From: Pseudomonadota bacterium
GTDB taxonomy: Bacteria > Pseudomonadota > Gammaproteobacteria > Burkholderiales > Burkholderiaceae_F
Assembly (NCBI GenBank): GCA_023443095.1
Contig: JAEZVV010000071.1
Location: forward strand, 10,525-74,524
Reading direction: 5' to 3'
DNA length: 64,000 bases
Part shown: positions 57,177 to 64,000 of the stretch, piece by piece
Position numbering within the stretch: the stretch's first letter is position 1
Layout: every line of letters starts with the position of its first letter
Notes under the pieces: generated by a model
The model's database searches: none
What the model was told of the DNA's origin: nothing
What the model saw: the letters and a program-made list of their open reading frames with translations, nothing else
Made by a program: the position numbers and the translations under genes

Positions 57177-57750
57177 AGGCGGTCTGAGTCTTCGCCCCCC
57201 GCCCATTGCGCCCGCGTGACGCGGTAGAGGCAATGCCGCCGCAGGGGGCTGTCCGCCGCCAGCGCCGGGTGATCAAAATCCTCGCCGGTGTCGGCCATGC
57301 CGATACGCTCCATCACGGCGCGCGAGCGGCGGTTGGCCAGCACGGCGAAGGACACGATCTGCGCCAGCCCCAGCTGCTCGAACCCGGCGTTCAAGGCGGC
57401 CCGCGCCGCCTCGCTCGCATACCCCTGTCCCCAGTGCTCGCGCGCCAGGCGCCAGCCGACCTCGACGCAGGGCGAAAACGGCAGATCGGCCCGCGGCACG
57501 GCCAGGCCGACGAAACCGATGAAATCGCCGCCCGCTTTCGATTCGACTGCCCAGAAGCCCCAACCCTGGAGCTCGAACGCGGCCTCGATGCGATCGGCGA
57601 GCGCGTCGCTTTCGGCCCGCGCCAGCGGCGAGGGGAAAAACTCCATCACCTCCGGATCGGCGTTGAGTGCGGCGAAAGGCTCGCGGTCGGCCGTCCGCCA
57701 GCGGCGCAGCCGCAAGCGGGGAGTGTCGAGTTCGATCACGGCGACACTCA

Positions 57751-57751
<1 letters not shown>
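57173..57751 (-). CDS. GNAT family N-acetyltransferase (RimJ/RimL-like)
   Basis: TPRLRLRRW, WGQGYASEAARA. Confidence 0.8.
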
Positions 57752-58935
<1,184 letters not shown>

Positions 58936-58979
58936 CGGAAACCTCGTGGTGGAGCGGGTAGAAAGTGCGGCCATACCGA

Positions 58980-59441
58980 TCAATCGCGATCCGGCAGCAG
59001 GAAGGACTCGGCCGCGGCGCGGAAGTCGGCCGGGATCGGGATCGGCCGGTGGGTCTCGAGCGAAGTCACCACCAGCGACTGGCGCATCCTCAGCCTCAGT
59101 TCGTCGCCGCGGCGCACGCCGAGCGCGAGCTGGATCGAACTGCCGCCCAGGTGTTCGACGCTCAGGCCGAAGCGGCAGGTTTCGCCCAGCAGCGACGGGC
59201 CGAGGAACTCGCATTGCAGGCCCACCGTCGGCAGGCCGATCCGGCGCGAGCCGATCAGCTCGCCGTAACCGATGCCCAGCGCCTCGGTCACCCAGTCTTC
59301 GACCAGGCCGTTGAGGATCACCAGGTACTGCGGGTAGAACACCATGCCCGCCGGATCGCAGTGGGCAAAACGGATCAACACCTCACGCTCGAAGGCGTGA
59401 ACCAGCGGGATGCCGTCGAGGCGGATTCTTTCGGGTTTCAT
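58980..59441 (-). CDS. hotdog-fold acyl-CoA thioesterase (4HBT/YbgC-like)
   Basis: [17 protein letters not shown] motif. Only the last 153 codons of the 392-aa track ORF are used. Confidence 0.75.
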   Translation of the reverse strand: MKPERIRLDGIPLVHAFEREVLIRFAHCDPAGMVFYPQYLVILNGLVEDWVTEALGIGYGELIGSRRIGLPTVGLQCEFLGPSLLGETCRFGLSVEHLGGSSIQLALGVRRGDELRLRMRQSLVVTSLETHRPIPIPADFRAAAESFLLPDRD

Positions 59442-59464
59442 GTCGAGGTCCGGGTCGGGAGGCT

Positions 59465-60091
59465 TCAGAGTTCGCGCAGGATGGCTCGCACCGGGCTCGC
59501 ATCGAGGCCGGCCAGTCTGAGCGGTAGAGCGATCAGCTCGTAGTCGCCTTCGGCCACCTCGTCGAGCACCAGGCCTTCGAGCACGGCGAGGCCATGGTGC
59601 CGCAGCACCTGGTGGCTGGGCAGGGTCGTGCTGGTTTCGGGGTCGACCGAAGGTGTGTCGAGCCCGACCAGTTTCACGCCGCGATCCGCCAGCAGTTCGA
59701 GCGCGGCCGGAGCGAAGGCCGTGAAGTCCGGATCCCAGCGATCGCGCGGCGCCTTGCGGTAGGTGCGCAGCAGGACCCTTGCCGGCAGGCCGGCCAGCGC
59801 ATGCTGAAGATGCTCGGGCTGGATCAGGGCGCCGATTCCGACCGCATGGATCACCCGGCACGGTCCCAGGTAGGGCACCAGACTCACCTCGCCGATGCCG
59901 GCGCCGGCCGGATCGACATGCAGCGGCGCGTCGGCGTGGGCGCCGATGTGGGGCGAGAGCCGGATTTCGGAAACGTTGACCGGACAGTCGGAGCCCATCT
60001 GCCAAGCCCAGCGCAGCGAATACGGGGTGTCGCCCGGGAAGACCGGCGTCGCGGGAGACACCGGGGGCGAGATGTCCCAGATCTTTTTCAT
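59465..60091 (-). CDS. kynB: kynurenine formamidase (cyclase family)
   Basis: [32 protein letters not shown]. Confidence 0.8.
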   Translation of the reverse strand: MKKIWDISPPVSPATPVFPGDTPYSLRWAWQMGSDCPVNVSEIRLSPHIGAHADAPLHVDPAGAGIGEVSLVPYLGPCRVIHAVGIGALIQPEHLQHALAGLPARVLLRTYRKAPRDRWDPDFTAFAPAALELLADRGVKLVGLDTPSVDPETSTTLPSHQVLRHHGLAVLEGLVLDEVAEGDYELIALPLRLAGLDASPVRAILREL

Positions 60092-60996
60092 GTCCCGATT
60101 CTAGGGGGCCGGCGCGCCGGCCAGCGCAGAATCCCGGTCGACAAGGCGGTCCCGGCAAGGACGATGTCGCCGCCGATCGCCATGTTGATCGACAGGCCTT
60201 CGTCCAGGAACAACACTCCCCACACCACGGCGAAAAGCGGGATCAGGAAGGTCACGCTCACCGCGCCGGTGGCGCCGACGCGCGCGATCAGGCGGAAGAA
60301 AAGCAGGTAAGCGAGCGCCGTGCACAAGAGGCCGAGCGCAATCGCCGCCGCCCAGTCGCCTGCCGCCGGCGGTGTGGCCGGCCAGAACCAAAGGGCGAAC
60401 GGCAGCAGCACCACGGTGGCGGCGATCAGGCTGCCGCCGGCCGTGACCAGGGCCGGCACTCCGGCGAGGGAACGCCGGGCGAGATTGGCGCCCACGCCGT
60501 AACACAGGGTCGCTCCCAGCCCGGCAGCAATCGCCAGCAGGACCGCCAGGCCGTCGCCGCGCAGGCCGACACGGTCCGACACCAGGACCGCGACCCCGCC
60601 CAGGCCCACCACCAGCCCTGCCACACGGGCGAGCGGCAGGCGGTCGCCAAGCCACAGCCAGGCGATCAGCGCGGTCCACATCGGCGCGGTGGCGTTGAGG
60701 ATCGCCGCCATGCCCGCAGTCAGGGTGAGCGTGGAATAGGCAAAAAGCACGAATGGCAGGGTCGAGTTGATCACGCCCACCCAGGCGATTGCCTGCCACT
60801 TCTGCCGCACCAGCCCCAGCTCGCCGCGCCACATCAGGATCGGCAGCAAAAGCAGCGCGGCCGACCCCACCCGCACAGAGATCAAGGCAACCGGCCCGAA
60901 GACGGGTGCGGCGATGCGCATGAAAAGAAAGGAAGCGCCCCACAGGGCGCCCAGCAGAACCAAGTCAGTGAGATCGCGCGGTTTCATGCCCCGCAT
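60088..60996 (-). CDS. EamA/DMT family transporter
   Basis: Ten-TM profile. GGAGAC lies 7 nt before ATG 60996. 4-nt overlap with kynB. Confidence 0.75.
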   Translation of the reverse strand: MRGMKPRDLTDLVLLGALWGASFLFMRIAAPVFGPVALISVRVGSAALLLLPILMWRGELGLVRQKWQAIAWVGVINSTLPFVLFAYSTLTLTAGMAAILNATAPMWTALIAWLWLGDRLPLARVAGLVVGLGGVAVLVSDRVGLRGDGLAVLLAIAAGLGATLCYGVGANLARRSLAGVPALVTAGGSLIAATVVLLPFALWFWPATPPAAGDWAAAIALGLLCTALAYLLFFRLIARVGATGAVSVTFLIPLFAVVWGVLFLDEGLSINMAIGGDIVLAGTALSTGILRWPARRPPRIGT

Positions 60997-61172
60997 TTTG
61001 CATGTCTCCGGCAGCACCACCACCCGCTTCTTGCCGCCACACACCGTGCCGACACGATTGCTCCGAGCGAACACTCACACTAGCGGGTTTGCCTTTCCCT
61101 ACTGACTTCCCGTTGCTCGCCGAAGACCCAGGCAGGGGCCGCGCCGCTGCCCTCAACCCAAACGCAACCCGC

Positions 61173-62720
61173 ATGAACTTTCTCAAGCACTTGAAGATCG
61201 GCACCCGACTGGTTTTGATGTCCGGCGTTCTCATTGCGTCGTCGCTCGTGGTCGCTTTGTTTGCGAGCGCCCAGATCACGAGACTCGACAACGTTCTTGA
61301 CGACTTGGTTGGTCACTCCACCACGCAGGTGATGCTGCTCAACGACATCAAACACAACCTGGCTGCGGTGGCTCTGGGGGTGCGCAACATCGTGCTGGTT
61401 GACAACGAGCAAGCCATCGCCGACGAGGCGCACCGGATCGAGGCCACGCGGGCCGGCACGGTCGAGCTGCTGAACCGGCTCGAGACCTTGAGCTCGAATC
61501 CGGAAGAACGGCGCCTGCTCGATGCCGCGCTCGAGACCCGCGGCCCCTACGCCGAAGCCAACAACCGCGCCTTGGCGCTGGCCCGCGCCAATCAGGACGC
61601 CGAAGCCACGCGGGTCCTGCTGGCCGAAGTCAGGCCCCGCCAAGCTGCCTACACCCAGGCTATCGATGAACTGCTCACAGCCACGACCGCGCAGATGAGC
61701 GCCAACAGCGAAAGGGCGCGCGCGCTGGCCGCCGCCGACGCCCGCCTGATGCTGGGGATCGCAGCCATCACCGCCGTGCTCGGCATCGTGCTGGCCTGGA
61801 CCGTGACGCGCTCGATCACGGTCCCCATCCACCAGGCGGTGGCGGTAGCGAAAACCGTCGCTGCCGGCGACCTCACGTCCCGCATCGAAATCGACCGCCA
61901 CGACGAAACCGGTCAGTTGCTCGCCGCCCTCAAATCGATGAACGAAAGCCTCGCCAAAGTGGTGGGCGAAGTCCGGCTGGGAACCGACAACATCGCCAGC
62001 AGCTCGGAGGAAATCGCGCTGGGCAACGTCGACCTCAGCCAGCGCACCGAAGAGCAGGCCTCGAACCTGCAGGAAACCGCCGCCTCGATGGAGCAGCTGA
62101 CATCGATCGTCAAGCAAAACGCGGACGCGGCGCGCCAGGCCAACCAACTGGCCGTACGCGCCAGCGAAGCGGTGACCGAAGGCGGGGAAGCCTCACGCCA
62201 GATGCTCTCGACGATGGATGAAATCAGCACGGCCAGCCACAGGATCACCGAGATCATCGGAGCGATCGACGGCATCGCTTTCCAGACCAACATCCTGGCT
62301 CTCAACGCCGCGGTCGAGGCCGCACGCGCCGGCGAACAGGGGCGCGGTTTTGCCGTGGTCGCCACCGAAGTCCGCAGTCTGGCTCAGCGCAGCGCCGAAG
62401 CCGCCAAGGAGATCAAGCGCTTGATCGACGACAGCCTGGACAAGGTCGAGGCGGGTTCGCGGCTGGCCGACAACACCGGCCGCAGCATGGAGGAGATCGT
62501 GCTCCAGGTGCGCCGGGTCACCGATCTGATCGGCGAAATCAGTTCGGCCAGCGCCGAGCAGGCCGGCGGCATCTCCCAGATCGGCGCAGCCGTGATGCAG
62601 CTCGACCAGGCGACGCAACAGAACGCCGCCCTGGTCGAACAAAGTGCCGCCGCAGCCGACAGCCTCAAGCAGCAGGCGGCAAGACTGGCCGAAGCGGTCA
62701 AGGTGTTCAAACTCGCCTAA
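61173..62720 (+). CDS. methyl-accepting chemotaxis protein (4HB sensor, HAMP, MA domain)
   Basis: [29 protein letters not shown]. Start at the internal ATG 61173. Confidence 0.9.
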   Translation: MNFLKHLKIGTRLVLMSGVLIASSLVVALFASAQITRLDNVLDDLVGHSTTQVMLLNDIKHNLAAVALGVRNIVLVDNEQAIADEAHRIEATRAGTVELLNRLETLSSNPEERRLLDAALETRGPYAEANNRALALARANQDAEATRVLLAEVRPRQAAYTQAIDELLTATTAQMSANSERARALAAADARLMLGIAAITAVLGIVLAWTVTRSITVPIHQAVAVAKTVAAGDLTSRIEIDRHDETGQLLAALKSMNESLAKVVGEVRLGTDNIASSSEEIALGNVDLSQRTEEQASNLQETAASMEQLTSIVKQNADAARQANQLAVRASEAVTEGGEASRQMLSTMDEISTASHRITEIIGAIDGIAFQTNILALNAAVEAARAGEQGRGFAVVATEVRSLAQRSAEAAKEIKRLIDDSLDKVEAGSRLADNTGRSMEEIVLQVRRVTDLIGEISSASAEQAGGISQIGAAVMQLDQATQQNAALVEQSAAAADSLKQQAARLAEAVKVFKLA

Positions 62721-62881
62721 ACCCTCCCCGAACCGCGGGATTACCCCGCACCCCATGTCAGGACCGGGGCCCGGGCAAGTTCGCGGTGGCGACTTGATGC
62801 AAACTCAGCGCTACCGTGAACCGGACCGCCGCCCCTGCCTCTTGGACGCTAGCCGGGCGGTCCCGTCAGGAGAACCCCAAC

Positions 62882-63463
62882 GTGCCTCAAACCCCAAGCC
62901 CAGCTGACGTACTCGACCACCTCGCCCTTCGTTATTCGGTCGGCCCCAAGTACCTTGCCGAACCGGCGCCGACCCCGGCCGAACTGCTGCTGGCAACCCG
63001 GGTGGCGCTGCGCGCGCCCGACCACGGCGGACTCAGGCCGTTCCGCTTCGTACGCGTCGACGCCAGCCAGCGCGACCGCCTGGGCGAGCTTTTTGCTCAG
63101 GGCGCGCGCCGCCGCGGCCGCAGCGAAGCCGAAATCGAACAGGCTCGCAGCCGCGCCCACAACGGCCCGGCCCTGCTCGCCCTGGTGGGCCGGGCTCGCG
63201 CCGGCGTCGACGACATTCCGGAAATCGAGCAGTGGTTGTGCGTCGGCTCGGGCCTGATGAACTTCCTCAACGCCTTGCACCTGATGGGTTACGGCGCCAA
63301 ATGCCTGAGCGGCGCCTCGGTCCGCGACACCGAGCTGCAGGAGGCTTTCTGCGACGAAGGCGAACAGCTGCTCGCCTGGATCGTGATGGGAACGCCGACC
63401 CGCTCGGCCCACCCCAAACACGAGGACGACGAACGCCAGACCTTGGTCGACTGGCAGGGCTGA
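62882..63463 (+). CDS. nitroreductase family protein
   Basis: RAPDHGGLRPFRF, and LMNFLNALHLMGYGAKCLSG typical of the family. GTG 62882 is 8 nt after AGGAGA. Confidence 0.75.
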   Translation: MPQTPSPADVLDHLALRYSVGPKYLAEPAPTPAELLLATRVALRAPDHGGLRPFRFVRVDASQRDRLGELFAQGARRRGRSEAEIEQARSRAHNGPALLALVGRARAGVDDIPEIEQWLCVGSGLMNFLNALHLMGYGAKCLSGASVRDTELQEAFCDEGEQLLAWIVMGTPTRSAHPKHEDDERQTLVDWQG

Positions 63464-63473
63464 TCCGGCCCGA

Positions 63474-64000
63474 TCAGGGCGCCTGGCTCCAGCCGCGGCG
63501 CTCGGCCGTGTAAGCCGCCAGGCTTTCGACCCACAGGCGAACGTCCTCGGCCACCCCCGCCGCGCCGCGCGCCCCAGTCCCTACGGCCGCGGTCGGCTCG
63601 CCGTTCCAGTCCAGCCCCGCTTCGCTCCACAGCGGCAGACTCGTGTAGGCAATCAAGCCCTCGGGCTCGAGCCCGCCCATCACGGTCTGCCAGCCGCGTG
63701 CGGGCGATTGCCAGCCGCGCGCCCAGGCCCGGGCCACGCCCCGCGGTCCGATCGGCTGACGCTGCTCGGCCATAACATCGAGCGCCGCGGCGCTGCCATG
63801 CGATGGCGCGTGGCCGGCGCCGATCAAATGCCCGAGCTCGTGCGCCAGGGTCCAGTCGTCGATCGCGGCAAGCGCGTCGACCACGGCCCAGCGGCGCCAG
63901 GCGAGCTCATCGCGGCCGAGCTCGGTTGCGGCCGGCCGCGGCGGCGCATAACCGCAAAAACCGATAGCCTGCGCCGCGGCGCCGAAATCCTCGACCAGGA
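63474..64000 (-). CDS. HExxH zinc metalloprotease-like protein, 5' end outside window
   Basis: HELGHLIGAGH motif. The frame stays open with no in-frame stop from 63885 to the window edge. Confidence 0.6.
   Translation of the reverse strand, partial: LVEDFGAAAQAIGFCGYAPPRPAATELGRDELAWRRWAVVDALAAIDDWTLAHELGHLIGAGHAPSHGSAAALDVMAEQRQPIGPRGVARAWARGWQSPARGWQTVMGGLEPEGLIAYTSLPLWSEAGLDWNGEPTAAVGTGARGAAGVAEDVRLWVESLAAYTAERRGWSQAP

Noticed and set aside
58980-60158. 392-aa track ORF covering the thioesterase and running out of frame over kynB
   Set aside because: Only the last 153 codons (from ATG 59441) show hotdog-fold features. The upstream part is an Arg/Pro/Gly-rich shadow over the well-supported kynB frame.

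Overview
This is a 64-kb high-GC chromosomal segment. Its protein families and gene order look betaproteobacterial, probably Burkholderiales, though that is inferred from gene content only. About 50 kb is ordinary core genome. It holds lgt, ilvD, a cytochrome c, a liv-type branched-chain amino-acid ABC operon, yciH-thiM-thiE, tRNA-Thr(CGU), queG, tsaE-amiC, fba and a fused pabB-pabC. It also holds a PEP-CTERM protein, an M14 peptidase, dgkA, purC-purE-purK-tsaC, two MCPs, a two-subunit acyl-CoA dehydrogenase, murI and gcdH-thioesterase-kynB. A CHASE2 cyclase / Crp-type cNMP module sits at the left edge. The exception is 7822-21747, a 13.9-kb accessory element inserted in the T-tract of the ilvD terminator. 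It begins with an intact ISL3-family transposase. It is bounded by 23-bp imperfect inverted repeats and T-run flanks, which fits the 8-bp target duplication expected for ISL3. It carries a translationally coupled plus-strand operon of six genes: an RHH protein, an N6-adenine methyltransferase, a 943-aa protein with no recognisable catalytic motif, a 1392-aa DEAH helicase (DrmA-like), a 757-aa DUF1998 protein (DrmB-like) and a PLD nuclease (DrmC-like). This is a DISARM-type defence system, but its gene complement fits neither published class, and being the passenger cargo of an ISL3 element is unusual. I saw no rRNA, CRISPR array, integrase or prophage. Many long antisense ORFs in the track are GC-driven artefacts. 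All family calls come from motif recognition by eye and no database search was run.
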